A stretch of 48,512 nucleotides of DNA from Candidatus Nomurabacteria bacterium (lineage in GTDB: Bacteria; Patescibacteriota; Minisyncoccia; Phycocordibacterales; UBA9973): NCBI GenBank assembly GCA_943354205.1, contig CALRBJ010000001.1, forward strand, positions 1-48,512. Direction: 5' to 3'. Position 1 is the stretch's first letter. Each line of letters starts with the position of its first letter. The notes beneath the pieces are model-generated. The model made no database searches, was not told the origin of the DNA, and worked only from the letters and a program-made list of their open reading frames with translations. Made by a program: the position numbers and the translations under genes. Below, in pieces: positions 24,115-33,970 of the stretch.

Positions 24115-26040
24115 ATGGCAAATAATATGATGCAAAAAGGAGGCAAGGGCGGGGGGAAAGGGAATCCTAAAATGCCGAAAATATTTGGGGCAAATTTGGC
24201 CAGTCATATAATGACGGCAGTCTTGATATTTGCACTCATCATCGTGGCCTACAATTTTGTCGCGAGCGATACAAAAGAAGTAAAAAATGTTTCAATTTCT
24301 GAACTCGCTAAAGATGTCATGTCGGGCACGGTCACAAAGATAGAAGTCTCCGGCCAAAACCTGATTGCCACACTCAAAGACGGATCTCAAATTTCTTCCA
24401 AAAAAGAAACTGAAAGCTCGCTAACTGATACTTTTTCAAAATACGGAGTCACCCCAGCGGAACTTTCTCTGGCCGATATCACGGTAAAGAATGAATCTGG
24501 CTTTTGGTATGTAGTCCTAAATCTCTTACCGATCTTGATTCCGATTTTATTTATAATTTTTTTCTTTTATTTCCTCACTCGCCAAGCTCGTGGTGCCGGC
24601 ATGCAAGCCTTTTCCTTTGGCCAATCCAAAGCGCGTATCACCGATCCAAATGATAAAAATCAAAAGGTCACCTTCAAAGATGTCGCCGGTGTAAAGGAAG
24701 CGAAGCAAGAACTGATGGAGATTGTGGACTTTTTGAAGAACCCAAAAAAGTTTTTAGATATCGGCGCACGAATCCCAAAGGGCGTGATACTGACCGGCGC
24801 TCCGGGCACAGGAAAAACATTGCTGGCGCGCGCAGTGGCCGGCGAGGCTTCGGTGCCGTTCTTCCACCTCTCTGGATCAGAATTCGTAGAAATGTTTGTG
24901 GGCGTGGGAGCTTCGCGTGTACGCGATCTTTTCAAAATGGCCAAAGCGGCTGCGCCGGCGATAGTTTTTATAGATGAAATCGACGCCGTTGGCCGCGTGC
25001 GTGGCACTGGTGTGGGCGGGGGCAATGATGAACGCGAGCAAACTTTGAATCAAATCTTGGTAGAGATGGACGGATTTGAACCAAATGAAAAAGTCATCGT
25101 CATGGCGGCAACAAACCGAAGCGATGTTTTGGACCCAGCTCTCATGCGCCCGGGCCGTTTTGATAGACGAGTGGTACTCGATCTACCCGATCGCGCCGAC
25201 CGTGAAGAAATTTTAAGTCTTCACTCTAAAAAGAAACCGTTTGCTGAAGATGTAAATTTAAAAATTATTGCCGAACGCACACCAGGATTCTCCGGCGCAG
25301 ATTTATATTCACTCATGAACGAAGGCGCTATCCTCGCCGCCCGCGAAGACCGCAAAAAAGTCGCGCAGTTCGACCTCATCCGCTCTATTGAAAAGGTCAT
25401 GCTCGGTCCGGAGCGCAAGAGCCACTTGCTGACCGTGGAAGAAAAAAGAATCGTGGCCTATCACGAAGCGGGGCACGCGTTAGTTTCATCCGTCCTTCCC
25501 GATGCCGACCCAGTGCACAAAATCTCTATCATCTCTCGCGGTCGCGCGGGCGGGTACACACTCATGCTTCCGCTCGAAGAGCGCAAACTCGAATCCCGCC
25601 AATCTTTTTATGATGACCTGGCGGGCCTCTTTGGTGGATACACTGCTGAAAAATTAGTCATGGGCGATATTACCACTGGTCCTTCGAACGATCTGCAAGT
25701 GGCGACCAATCTCGCTCGCGCTATGGTCACTCGTTGGGGTATGTCGGATGCTATCGGCCCGGTGGCGCTTGAGAACGATGGCGGGCGCTTGATCGGCGGG
25801 GGTATGCCCCATGAAAAATCTTATTCTGAAAGCATGTCTTCCACTATCGACAGCGAAGTAAAAAGAATCTTAGAAGAAGCCCGTAATCGCGCGCACGAAG
25901 TACTGGCAAGACACCGCGATGCCCTCGATGCTGTGGCGAACAAACTGATCGAAGTGGAAACTCTAGAACAAGCCGACTACGAAGACATCATAAAAGCGCA
26001 TGGCATAATTCCGAAAAAGAAAGTAGAAGTGAAAAAGTAA
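24115..26040 (+). CDS. ftsH: ATP-dependent zinc metalloprotease FtsH
   Basis: Two N-terminal TM segments. AAA+ Walker [19 protein letters not shown], Walker [13 protein letters not shown] region, and HEAGHAL zinc site. Confidence 0.97.
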   Translation: MANNMMQKGGKGGGKGNPKMPKIFGANLASHIMTAVLIFALIIVAYNFVASDTKEVKNVSISELAKDVMSGTVTKIEVSGQNLIATLKDGSQISSKKETESSLTDTFSKYGVTPAELSLADITVKNESGFWYVVLNLLPILIPILFIIFFFYFLTRQARGAGMQAFSFGQSKARITDPNDKNQKVTFKDVAGVKEAKQELMEIVDFLKNPKKFLDIGARIPKGVILTGAPGTGKTLLARAVAGEASVPFFHLSGSEFVEMFVGVGASRVRDLFKMAKAAAPAIVFIDEIDAVGRVRGTGVGGGNDEREQTLNQILVEMDGFEPNEKVIVMAATNRSDVLDPALMRPGRFDRRVVLDLPDRADREEILSLHSKKKPFAEDVNLKIIAERTPGFSGADLYSLMNEGAILAAREDRKKVAQFDLIRSIEKVMLGPERKSHLLTVEEKRIVAYHEAGHALVSSVLPDADPVHKISIISRGRAGGYTLMLPLEERKLESRQSFYDDLAGLFGGYTAEKLVMGDITTGPSNDLQVATNLARAMVTRWGMSDAIGPVALENDGGRLIGGGMPHEKSYSESMSSTIDSEVKRILEEARNRAHEVLARHRDALDAVANKLIEVETLEQADYEDIIKAHGIIPKKKVEVKK

Positions 26041-26050
26041 TCAAAATAAA

Positions 26051-26074
26051 AAGTTCCCAATCGGGAACTTTTTT
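26051..26074 (+). terminator. Intrinsic terminator after ftsH
   Basis: AAGTTCCC-AATC-GGGAACTT followed by TTTT. Confidence 0.7.
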
Positions 26075-26096
26075 GATAGGATACTTATACCAACAT

Positions 26097-26170
26097 CCGC
26101 CCTTAGCTCAGTTGGTTAGAGCACAGAGCTTATACCTCTGGGGTCCTTGGTTCGAATCCAAGAGGGCGGA
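26097..26170 (+). tRNA. tRNA-Ile with anticodon UAU (reads AUA)
   Basis: Manual cloverleaf. Acceptor CCGCCCT/AGGGCGG plus discriminator A. D-arm GCTC-AGTTGGTTA-GAGC. Anticodon arm CAGAG-CTTATAC-CTCTG. T-arm CTTGG-TTCGAAT-CCAAG. Confidence 0.85.
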
Positions 26171-26176
26171 CAAAAT

Positions 26177-26204
26177 AAAAACCCCTCCATTCCTGAAGGG
26201 GTTT
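26177..26204. terminator. Hairpin between the tRNA and the convergent minus-strand ORF
   Basis: ACCCCT/AGGGGT stem with A-run and T-run flanks. On the minus strand it is followed by TTTTTATTTT. Confidence 0.5.
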
Positions 26205-26225
26205 CACTAAAAAATTAATCACAAA

Positions 26226-26783
26226 CTAATGACCTGGGGTTGCTGGCTGAGTGTTTGTTCGCAATTGAACTGTAAATGCTGTCGGAGTATTCATGTCGAA
26301 ACGCAATTTTTCCGTGCCATCAGCTCTCACCACATGGGAAAAACTTCCACCATTGTTTCCAACTTCACGGATTGCTTGGTCCACTTCAAAATTGTGTATG
26401 GCCGGTTTGCGTTGAGGTCCGCGGAAATAAAATACCAATGCCAGCAATACCAATGCCAGAAAGCAAAGTCCCATTATCAAACCGGTGTTGCCATTGTCGG
26501 CAGTTCCGGTTCCGGCTGCGGCGAAGGCGGTCGCTCCACCTGTGTTTTCTTCATCAAGTCCGGCGATATTTATTTTTATATCGGCAGAGCCAGTGTCCAC
26601 ACGGGTGAGGATTTTGCGGTTTGTAATCTTGCCATCGCATCCATAAAGCGGGGTGGTCACCACATTTGTGGTGGGGTATGTGGCGGTTACCACGATATCC
26701 TTGCGGGTGCTTGGTGTTTGGTCTGCATGAGCAAACATGTTTGCGGTGCAGATAAAAAGCAGAAAAATGATTAGTTTTTTCAT
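26226..26783 (-). CDS. Hypothetical type I membrane/surface protein
   Basis: Signal peptide MKKLIIFLLFICTANMFAHA and a central TM helix GLIMGLCFLALVLLALVFYF. The plus-strand overlapping ORF is Cys-rich nonsense. Confidence 0.7.
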   Translation of the reverse strand: MKKLIIFLLFICTANMFAHADQTPSTRKDIVVTATYPTTNVVTTPLYGCDGKITNRKILTRVDTGSADIKINIAGLDEENTGGATAFAAAGTGTADNGNTGLIMGLCFLALVLLALVFYFRGPQRKPAIHNFEVDQAIREVGNNGGSFSHVVRADGTEKLRFDMNTPTAFTVQLRTNTQPATPGH

Positions 26784-26964
26784 GTTGTTTTTTTGTTTTT
26801 AATGAATTTAAGAAAAAAGTTCGTAGCAGGTGTTTCTATTTACCTAGCAGTAGTGTAGCATATTACAGGTGTTTTGTCAACTATTTTGTCTTGAAATCTC
26901 AAAATAGCCTTATTTTATTGGGTTTTTAGGTATTTTAGGGTTGATTTCTGGTAAAAAACTATTG

Positions 26965-26973
26965 TGATATAAT
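26965..26973 (+). promoter_or_regulatory. Extended -10 box TGATATAAT upstream of the DUF5663-like/giant-protein pair
   Basis: Read directly in a 240-bp AT-rich divergent intergenic region. Confidence 0.35.
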
Positions 26974-27023
26974 TATCTGTGTTATTTTCTTTTTTTATTA
27001 AAATAATTTTAGACATATAGATT

Positions 27024-27314
27024 ATGAAAAATATAGATGAATTTGTAGACAAGCTCGTGGCTGAAAAAGGTTTCGACACTAAAGACGCTGAAGTTTTGGC
27101 TCAAATAAAAGCTGATCTTTCAAGCAGGATAGTGGATCAAGTAAATGCGATGATACTTTCCAATATGCCCGAGAGCGCTCTAGAAGGATTTGAACAAGCT
27201 CTCGATGCGGGTGACGATGCAAAAGTGGGGGCTTATACAAAAGAACATATTCCTGATATCGATGAAAAAGTCGCTAGCCTACTGCTTTCTTTCAAATCTA
27301 ACTATCTCGCCTAA
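27024..27314 (+). CDS. Small acidic helical protein, DUF5663-like (tentative)
   Basis: 96 aa. The pattern FV.KL..E.G....D.E.L.....DL..R........L..MP...L..F..... recalls the DUF5663 proteins common in Parcubacteria, from memory and not verified. 6-nt gap to the next ORF. Confidence 0.6.
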   Translation: MKNIDEFVDKLVAEKGFDTKDAEVLAQIKADLSSRIVDQVNAMILSNMPESALEGFEQALDAGDDAKVGAYTKEHIPDIDEKVASLLLSFKSNYLA

Positions 27315-27320
27315 AATTCT

Positions 27321-30300
27321 ATGTCTATGGAAAATCCTGAAAAGAGAATATTCAAAGCGGCAGTCATAAATACCGATGAGTTGGTAAAACAACAATCCCG
27401 CGATGTGGCCGACGCTCGTATGACAGAGTCCAAAGAAGATCGCTCGGCCAATTGGTTTTCTCGCACTGCCAAGCGTATCTGGAAGCACAATCTGGCGCAG
27501 GAGTACTATCGCCAGAAAAATATAATAAAAGCAAAAAAAGAAATATTAGAAAATAGCAATCTATATGCTGGCGAAAAAGATTTCGATGCCGACGGAGCGA
27601 GTAGGAGTTTTGTGCACGATGAAGCCATGGAGGCGATAGTGGCGCGCTTTACCAGCGAGCATGAGGAGGAAATGCTAAGAGAAGAAGAGCGCGACTCAAA
27701 AGAAACGATCAGTGGCCAGGAAATAAATAGAAGCTTGAAAGATCTGATAAAGAGATATGCCGGTTCGAATATGAGCAAGGAATCTTTTGAAGAAGAGAAG
27801 AAAAGAATACTCTCGAGCTATGACGAGAGCTTGGCAAGTGAGAAAAGTTTGTATGCCGACAATTTATTCTCTATCGCCGAGGAGGTAAAGGACGCGGTGG
27901 AGCATGGAGAGAAAATAAAAGATATGGATTTTGAAGTGGAGCTGACATTCGGCAATGCAAAGAGCAGTTTGAGCACAGAAGCTCACCACAATAGCTTCGA
28001 CAATGCCGTGGAGAAATTACAAAATTCCAAAGTCGGCAAATTTATCGCAAATGAGCCTACCGCTATTCTGATAGCGGCAGGTGCTTATGAAGGGTTGAAG
28101 ACATTGGGCATAAAAGCATTGCGTTCAAAGGTGGTGCAGTGGGGCACATTTGGTCTCGGCGCGCTCGCTTCCGGAGGTATCAGCGCCGCCAAGGAATCAG
28201 CTAGGCTCAATCGCGAGCGCGCACAGCATATGCGCGAGCAAGCAAAAGGCATGGAATTTAAAGATGCTGACATGAAGCGTCGAAAAGAAATGCAGTCGAA
28301 TACTTATGAAATGAAAAGCGCCACCGACATACTGGCCAATCTAGAAGAAGATTTTGAAAAGATAGAAGAGGGCAGTGTCAGCGAAGAAGAGCTAAATGCC
28401 ATCATGGGTCGGCTTGCAAATTTGGAATCGAGAATAAAACTAAACGATCAGAGAAAGATTGATCTCATTTATTATGACAAATTCAACAAAGTAGAAACCG
28501 ATCGCACTGCGATGGACCTGAAGAGGGCGGAAATAAAAGTCGCTATTCGAAGAGGAATACAAGACGGAACTTTGAGTATAAATACTGAAGAAGATTTTGA
28601 TACATACTTGGCGAGCTTGACCGAGGTAGAAAAAGAACAATTGCTCGCTGGAGATAGTGGTATAGAAAGGAAAGACGAGATATTTAAAAAGATGAAGAAG
28701 AGCAAAGTTGCCAAAGCTTTTATAAAAAGCACGCTCATGGCTGGTACTTTGGGATTTGTCGCTCAAGAAATTGGCGCTGCGTTCGACCCGTCAAAAGATG
28801 GAATAGTAGAGGGTGCGTTTAAACATGACAAGGCGGGCAATGCCACCGCGCTCGAACATTTGCGCCGATGGATAGCTGGAGACAGCGCCGGGCGTATGGC
28901 AGAAGGGAATTTGCACGAAGTGGTTGTGGGCGGCACGCACATGCAATTGCCGGAAGGTTCAGATCTAGTCAATAATCCAGATGGGACATTCAATATAATT
29001 CGGGGTGATGAAGTGGTGGCGGAAAATGTTCCGATCAATCTCGATGCACAAGGCAATCTTTCAGCAGAAACCCAGGAAGCCTTGGCGCATAGCGACATAC
29101 ACGGACACTTTGGCTTGGTCGGTGAAAAGACCATGACAGAAATACATGAAAAAGCCGAAGACTACATAAAGAATCATCCAGGAGAGACTACGCAAATACA
29201 CCGAGAGCTTTGGTATGACAATGATACTCCGCATCCATTTGATAAAAATGAACTTCGCACTTGGTGGGGTGGGGAGGGCAATACCGGCATAGACAAAGAC
29301 GGCAATTATGTATTCGATGTGCAACACATGACTGCCGATGGTTCGTATCACAATGGTTTGTCGGTAGACGCTGTGTCTGCCACCAAGGCTGGCAATTTGA
29401 AAATGCTTTTTTCTTTGTCGAGTGATACCCAACACCAAGTATTTGAAATACCAGTAAATCCAGATGGCACGATAGTTATACCCAAAGACAGTCCGGTAGC
29501 GGAATTGATGTTTAAAAATGTAGATGGGCATGCGGTATTTACGGGCAAATTTGCCGAAGTGGCGCAGTCTATGGGGGTAGCTGAAGATCATTCGGAGACT
29601 GTTCGCATATTAGGCACTCATGTGGGTGAAGGCAAGGACTTTATCGATGAGACTCTGCCTGCAGAGGAACCTATACCAAAAGTTTTGATAGATATTCCTG
29701 CCACCAATGATTATGATGTGCCTCCTGTCGTGCCGATACGAGCGCGCCGACCGATGGAAAAAGGATCTTACAAGAAAAACAGAACAGTGGAGGACAATCG
29801 CCCGACAAGTATTTCTAAAGAAACAAAAATAGCTCAAGGTATTTCATATGTGGAAATGCCTGAAGATAAATTCAAACCAAAGAGAAAAGCCAATCCAGAT
29901 GAGCTGACTTTTTCAGCTGAAAATGGTTTCAAGGGTAAAGAGAGCGCTGTGGCTGCCGGCGTAGACTACATATATGGCTTGTCGGCTTCCCAACTCTCCG
30001 TTGCCAGCGCGCGTTTTGCCGAAGTAGAAACACATACAAGTCCGCAAGTATTTATTTTTGAAAATAATTCAGAAAATAGAAAAGCTGTATTGAAGAAATT
30101 AGCAAAGCTAGAAGCGGATCATCCAAAAATAAAATTTGTCTATGTGGAGCTTCCTAAAAATATAAAAAGTATATCTACAAAAGATACTCGCGTGTATATG
30201 AACAAGCGCTTGAAAAATATCGTGAAAGAAAATGCTGGTAGTGAGAATATAGACATAGATTTCTACAAAGGTTTGAAAAAAGACAAGGGGGTGGTGGCAG

Positions 30301-30494
30301 AAGGATCAGAAAGACCAATGCAATCTATCACTGATGCTGAATGGGATAGATATATCGATGACAACGAAGTTTCCGACGCGCGTTTGAGAGATATCGCTAG
30401 AAAAATGAAGATAAATGAAAATCTTTCGACAAAAGAGCTCGATATTTATAATGAAAAGTCGGATATTGTTGAAAGATATTTAAGAAATATATAA
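27321..30494 (+). CDS. Large hypothetical membrane protein (1057 aa), no recognisable domain
   Basis: Uninterrupted 3.2-kb ORF. Charged, coiled-coil-like N-terminus. Hydrophobic segments at PTAILIAAGAYEGL, WGTFGLGALASGGISAA and STLMAGTLGFVAQEIGAAF. Confidence 0.8.
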   Translation: MSMENPEKRIFKAAVINTDELVKQQSRDVADARMTESKEDRSANWFSRTAKRIWKHNLAQEYYRQKNIIKAKKEILENSNLYAGEKDFDADGASRSFVHDEAMEAIVARFTSEHEEEMLREEERDSKETISGQEINRSLKDLIKRYAGSNMSKESFEEEKKRILSSYDESLASEKSLYADNLFSIAEEVKDAVEHGEKIKDMDFEVELTFGNAKSSLSTEAHHNSFDNAVEKLQNSKVGKFIANEPTAILIAAGAYEGLKTLGIKALRSKVVQWGTFGLGALASGGISAAKESARLNRERAQHMREQAKGMEFKDADMKRRKEMQSNTYEMKSATDILANLEEDFEKIEEGSVSEEELNAIMGRLANLESRIKLNDQRKIDLIYYDKFNKVETDRTAMDLKRAEIKVAIRRGIQDGTLSINTEEDFDTYLASLTEVEKEQLLAGDSGIERKDEIFKKMKKSKVAKAFIKSTLMAGTLGFVAQEIGAAFDPSKDGIVEGAFKHDKAGNATALEHLRRWIAGDSAGRMAEGNLHEVVVGGTHMQLPEGSDLVNNPDGTFNIIRGDEVVAENVPINLDAQGNLSAETQEALAHSDIHGHFGLVGEKTMTEIHEKAEDYIKNHPGETTQIHRELWYDNDTPHPFDKNELRTWWGGEGNTGIDKDGNYVFDVQHMTADGSYHNGLSVDAVSATKAGNLKMLFSLSSDTQHQVFEIPVNPDGTIVIPKDSPVAELMFKNVDGHAVFTGKFAEVAQSMGVAEDHSETVRILGTHVGEGKDFIDETLPAEEPIPKVLIDIPATNDYDVPPVVPIRARRPMEKGSYKKNRTVEDNRPTSISKETKIAQGISYVEMPEDKFKPKRKANPDELTFSAENGFKGKESAVAAGVDYIYGLSASQLSVASARFAEVETHTSPQVFIFENNSENRKAVLKKLAKLEADHPKIKFVYVELPKNIKSISTKDTRVYMNKRLKNIVKENAGSENIDIDFYKGLKKDKGVVAEGSERPMQSITDAEWDRYIDDNEVSDARLRDIARKMKINENLSTKELDIYNEKSDIVERYLRNI

Positions 30495-30495
30495 A

Positions 30496-32664
30496 TCACT
30501 CAAAGTGCAGATTTTCTAAATGGCGCTCGGCGAGGGCAGAGGAGAGAGAAGGGTTTTTGGAAAGGGCTGGGTCGGTTTTTATTATTGCCTGGGCTTCGGC
30601 GCGGGCAGCTTCTACCATTTTTATATTTTTTATCGCTTCCATGCCGAGGTCGGTGATGCCCCATTGCTTGGTGCCCGAGAGCTCGCCAGCACCGCGCAGT
30701 ACTAAGTCTAATTCGGCTAATTCAAAACCATTTTTGGCGCGGGTGAGGGCTTTTAATCTGTCGGATGTTTTATCCGATTTGGAGTCGGCAAAGAGGTAGC
30801 AGTAGGCTTGGTGGTTTGAACGAATGACGCGCCCGCGGAGTTGGTGCAGTTGGGCCAAGCCAAAGCGCTCGGCGCCTTCGATGATGATGAGCGTTGCGTT
30901 TGGCACATTTACGCCCACTTCCACCACCGATGTGGCCACCAATATTTGGATATTGTTTGCATAAAAATCGGCCATCACTTCTTCTTTTCTCTGCTTGGTC
31001 ATCTTGGAATGCAAAATATCTATTTCATATTCAGGAAAAATTTCTTTCTTTAGTCTTTTCGCTTCGCTGGTGACGTTTTTCATTTCAAGCGAGAGCTCTT
31101 GGTCCGGGTCCGGCTCATTTATCCGCGGGCAAATCACATACAGCTGCCGGCCGGCTTTCAGCTCGGCGCGGATTTTTTCGTAAATTTCTCTTCTTTTTTC
31201 TGTTGGAATTATTTCGGTGATAACTGTTTTTCTACCGGTGGGCATTTCGTCCAGTAATGTTAAATCTAAATCGCCGTATATGGTGAGCGCGAGCGTGCGG
31301 GGGATAGGGGTGGCCGTCATCGAGAGATAGTGGGGCGCAAAGGCGTCTTTCTTGGCCAGCTTGGCGCGCTGCAGCGCCCCAAAGCGGTGCTGTTCGTCTA
31401 TGATCACGAGTGCGAGGTGTTTGAACTTCACACTTTTTTGAATGAGCGCGTGCGTACCGATAAGAATTGGAATCTCGCCATTCTCAACCCATTTTAAAAG
31501 TTGGGCGCGAGAAATATTGGTCCATGGTTCCTTTGCGCTCGCGACTTTGGTCGGGAATTTTCTGCAGCCCGAGCCGGTGATGAGCCCGATTGAAATGCCG
31601 GTATGTTTAAAGTATTGAATAAAATTTTCAAAATGTTGGGTGGCCAAAATTTCCGTCGGGGCCATGTATGCTACCTGCAGATTACCGAAAGTCTTACCGT
31701 CTGGCCGATTCATAATCGTCGCATACGCGGCGGTGGCCGCCACGGCGGTCTTGCCAGAGCCCACATCGCCTTCGAGTAGACGAGCCATGGGTTTGTCTTC
31801 GCCGATATTTTCTAGTATCGCGCCGATGGCGTGGTTTTGAGCCGCCGTCATTTTAAATGGAAAACGCTCGGTGAAATTCATGATGTCTTTAGGGTCAGAC
31901 TGCACTGCATACGAGCGGTTTTCTTCGTATTCGCTGCGCTCTTTGGCGCGGGCGAGCTGGATAAAAAATATTTCTTCAAAAGCAAAACGCTTGCGGGCCA
32001 CATTGGCATCCTTCTCTGTTTTGGGCGTGTGTATATAAATGAGAGCAGTGCGCAGGCTAGGCAGAGAATATTTTTTTAAGATTTCTTCGGGGATTCCATC
32101 GGCCAAATTTTCTAGCATGCCGCTACTAATTATTTTTAAAATCGTATGGTAAATAAATTTGGAAGTCACTCCGCGGGTTTCTCTGTATATCGGGTAGCGC
32201 ACTTCAGTCGCTCCTTTTCCACTGGAAAAGATAGAATCATGCGCATCGCCGATTTCTATCGGTGAGTTTTCTATTTCTGGATTGGTGATGTATAAACCAC
32301 TTTTACTTTGCGCTACCTTGCCCGAGAGTTTTACCATTTGCCCGTCGAAAAACATTTTGGCCAAATAGGCTTGGTGGAACCATATGATTTTTATTTTCCC
32401 CGATGAATCTTCTATCTCGCCTTCGGCCATGGGTATTTTAGAACGGAAGCCTTTCTTAGTTTTTAATTTAGAAATTTTGCCGTAAACAGTAGCACTCTCG
32501 CCGGCTACCAGGTCGCGTACGAGTTTTAGATTTGAAAAATCGCTATAGCGGGTAGGAAAGTGATATAGCAAATCGCGCGCCGTGCTGATGCCGAGACGCG
32601 CGAGAGCTTTTACTTCCACTTCGTTTATTCTTACTATTTGGCGGAGAGGGGAGGAGAGATTCAT
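30496..32664 (-). CDS. recG: ATP-dependent DNA helicase RecG
   Basis: N-terminal wedge region (LLYHFPTRY). Helicase motifs LLEGDVGSGKT, IIDEQHRFG, ATPIPRTL and QLHQLRGRV. Confidence 0.95.
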   Translation of the reverse strand: MNLSSPLRQIVRINEVEVKALARLGISTARDLLYHFPTRYSDFSNLKLVRDLVAGESATVYGKISKLKTKKGFRSKIPMAEGEIEDSSGKIKIIWFHQAYLAKMFFDGQMVKLSGKVAQSKSGLYITNPEIENSPIEIGDAHDSIFSSGKGATEVRYPIYRETRGVTSKFIYHTILKIISSGMLENLADGIPEEILKKYSLPSLRTALIYIHTPKTEKDANVARKRFAFEEIFFIQLARAKERSEYEENRSYAVQSDPKDIMNFTERFPFKMTAAQNHAIGAILENIGEDKPMARLLEGDVGSGKTAVAATAAYATIMNRPDGKTFGNLQVAYMAPTEILATQHFENFIQYFKHTGISIGLITGSGCRKFPTKVASAKEPWTNISRAQLLKWVENGEIPILIGTHALIQKSVKFKHLALVIIDEQHRFGALQRAKLAKKDAFAPHYLSMTATPIPRTLALTIYGDLDLTLLDEMPTGRKTVITEIIPTEKRREIYEKIRAELKAGRQLYVICPRINEPDPDQELSLEMKNVTSEAKRLKKEIFPEYEIDILHSKMTKQRKEEVMADFYANNIQILVATSVVEVGVNVPNATLIIIEGAERFGLAQLHQLRGRVIRSNHQAYCYLFADSKSDKTSDRLKALTRAKNGFELAELDLVLRGAGELSGTKQWGITDLGMEAIKNIKMVEAARAEAQAIIKTDPALSKNPSLSSALAERHLENLHFE

Positions 32665-32672
32665 CCCGTTTT

Positions 32673-33038
32673 TTATCCGATTAATGCTTTGATTTTAGAA
32701 ACTAATTCGTCCAAGGTGAAGTTAGATTTGATCAAAAATTCCTTTATGCCGTATTCTTGGGCGCGCTTGATATCTTTGTCTTCGGCAAGGTTTGAGAAGA
32801 CGATGATGGGGGTATTGGCCATGGCAGGGTTAGCGCGCACCTTTTCCAATACAGCGTAGCCGTCGGTACCTGGAAGCACTAGGTCGAGGAGAATCATATC
32901 CAAAGGGGCTTCGCTGATGATTTTGATCGCCTCATCGCCATTGCTAGCAGTCTTTACCTCGTAGCCCTCATGGCCGAGTTTGGTGGCGGCCAAACCTTGC
33001 AAAAAAGAGTCGTCTTCAACAATTAAGATTTTTTTCAT
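32673..33038 (-). CDS. Receiver-only (CheY-like) response regulator
   Basis: KKILIVEDD, phospho-acceptor context DMILLDLVLPGTDG, then VFSN and IKSN (conserved S/T and K). No output domain. Confidence 0.9.
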   Translation of the reverse strand: MKKILIVEDDSFLQGLAATKLGHEGYEVKTASNGDEAIKIISEAPLDMILLDLVLPGTDGYAVLEKVRANPAMANTPIIVFSNLAEDKDIKRAQEYGIKEFLIKSNFTLDELVSKIKALIG

Positions 33039-33052
33039 ATATGTGGATTATA

Positions 33053-33811
33053 TCAATTTTTAACTGGTAGTGTAAAGTAGAAATTTGAGCCCCCTCCCTC
33101 CTTGGATTCGAACCATATTTTGCCTTCCCAGCGGGTCACGATATTGCGCGCGGTGGTCAGACCCAAGCCTGAACCGACTTCATTTTTTTGTTTTGCATTT
33201 TCAGCGCGGAAGAACTTTTCAAATATCTTTACTTGATCAGCAGCAGGAATACCGATGCCATTATCTTTTACGGCAATTTCTATTTCTTTTTTGCCAGCAT
33301 TTTCTTTTATAGAAAGAGAAACGAATATTTTAGAACCAAAGTTTGAGTATTTTATGGCATTGTCTACCAAGTTTTGCAAAACCACGCGGGCCTTGTAGGG
33401 GTCGACAAATGCTTTAGGCAGTTTTTGTTCACCTTTCAAAAAGATGACTTGGATATTTTTCTTGAAGGATTCGCCGACGAAATCAAAGAGTACACTCTCT
33501 ACCAGTTCTACCACGTCGACATTTTCCGGAGTGTATTTTAGGGAAATATCATCGGCGTGATTGACAGAGAGCATTTCGTTCACCAGGCCGATCATTCTTT
33601 CGTTCGATTCAAATGCTTTTTTAATAAATGTTTTCTGCTCCACACTTATCGCTCCGATGTCGCCATCGATAAACATTTTCAAAATCCATTTTAGAGCCGA
33701 GAGGGAAGTGCGCAATTCGTGCGCCGAAATAGAAATAACGTCGGATTTAAAATCCGACAGCTTTTGCAGCTTTTCATTCTCTGCCTTTAATTTTTCTATA
33801 TCCTCGGGCAT
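33053..33811 (-). CDS. Cytoplasmic histidine kinase without a sensor or TM domain
   Basis: H-box ISAHELRTSLSAL. N-box QNLVDNAIKYS. G-boxes DNGIGI and GSGLGL. Only a short coiled-coil N-terminal segment. Confidence 0.9.
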   Translation of the reverse strand: MPEDIEKLKAENEKLQKLSDFKSDVISISAHELRTSLSALKWILKMFIDGDIGAISVEQKTFIKKAFESNERMIGLVNEMLSVNHADDISLKYTPENVDVVELVESVLFDFVGESFKKNIQVIFLKGEQKLPKAFVDPYKARVVLQNLVDNAIKYSNFGSKIFVSLSIKENAGKKEIEIAVKDNGIGIPAADQVKIFEKFFRAENAKQKNEVGSGLGLTTARNIVTRWEGKIWFESKEGGGSNFYFTLPVKN

Positions 33812-33838
33812 TAAAAATGTGGTGAGGATGTTCTTTTG

Positions 33839-33925
33839 CGGAGACGGAGGGATTCGAACCCTCGAGGGCGATTAAACCCTGCCTCTTTAGCAAAGAGGTA
33901 TGTTAGACCACTCCACCACGTCTCC
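33839..33925 (-). tRNA. tRNA-Ser (anticodon GCU), long variable arm
   Basis: Minus-strand GGAGACG...CCTCT-TTGCTAA-AGAGG, variable arm CAGGGTTTAATCGCCCTC, T-arm GAGGG-TTCGAAT-CCCTC, acceptor CGTCTCC plus G. Confidence 0.9.
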
Positions 33926-33970
33926 ATTATATCCTGCCCGAGCTACTTTATCATAGTTTTTTAACTTTTT

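Noticed and set aside
26229-26774. Plus-strand 181-aa ORF mirroring the minus-strand ORF 26226-26783
   Set aside because: The minus-strand product has a classical signal peptide and a TM helix, plus a terminator on its side. The plus-strand product is Cys-rich with no features.
33926-33935. TATAAT on the minus strand immediately abutting the 5' end of tRNA-Ser, as its promoter
   Set aside because: A -10 box ending at the first tRNA nucleotide would start transcription inside the mature tRNA. It is probably a chance AT-rich match.
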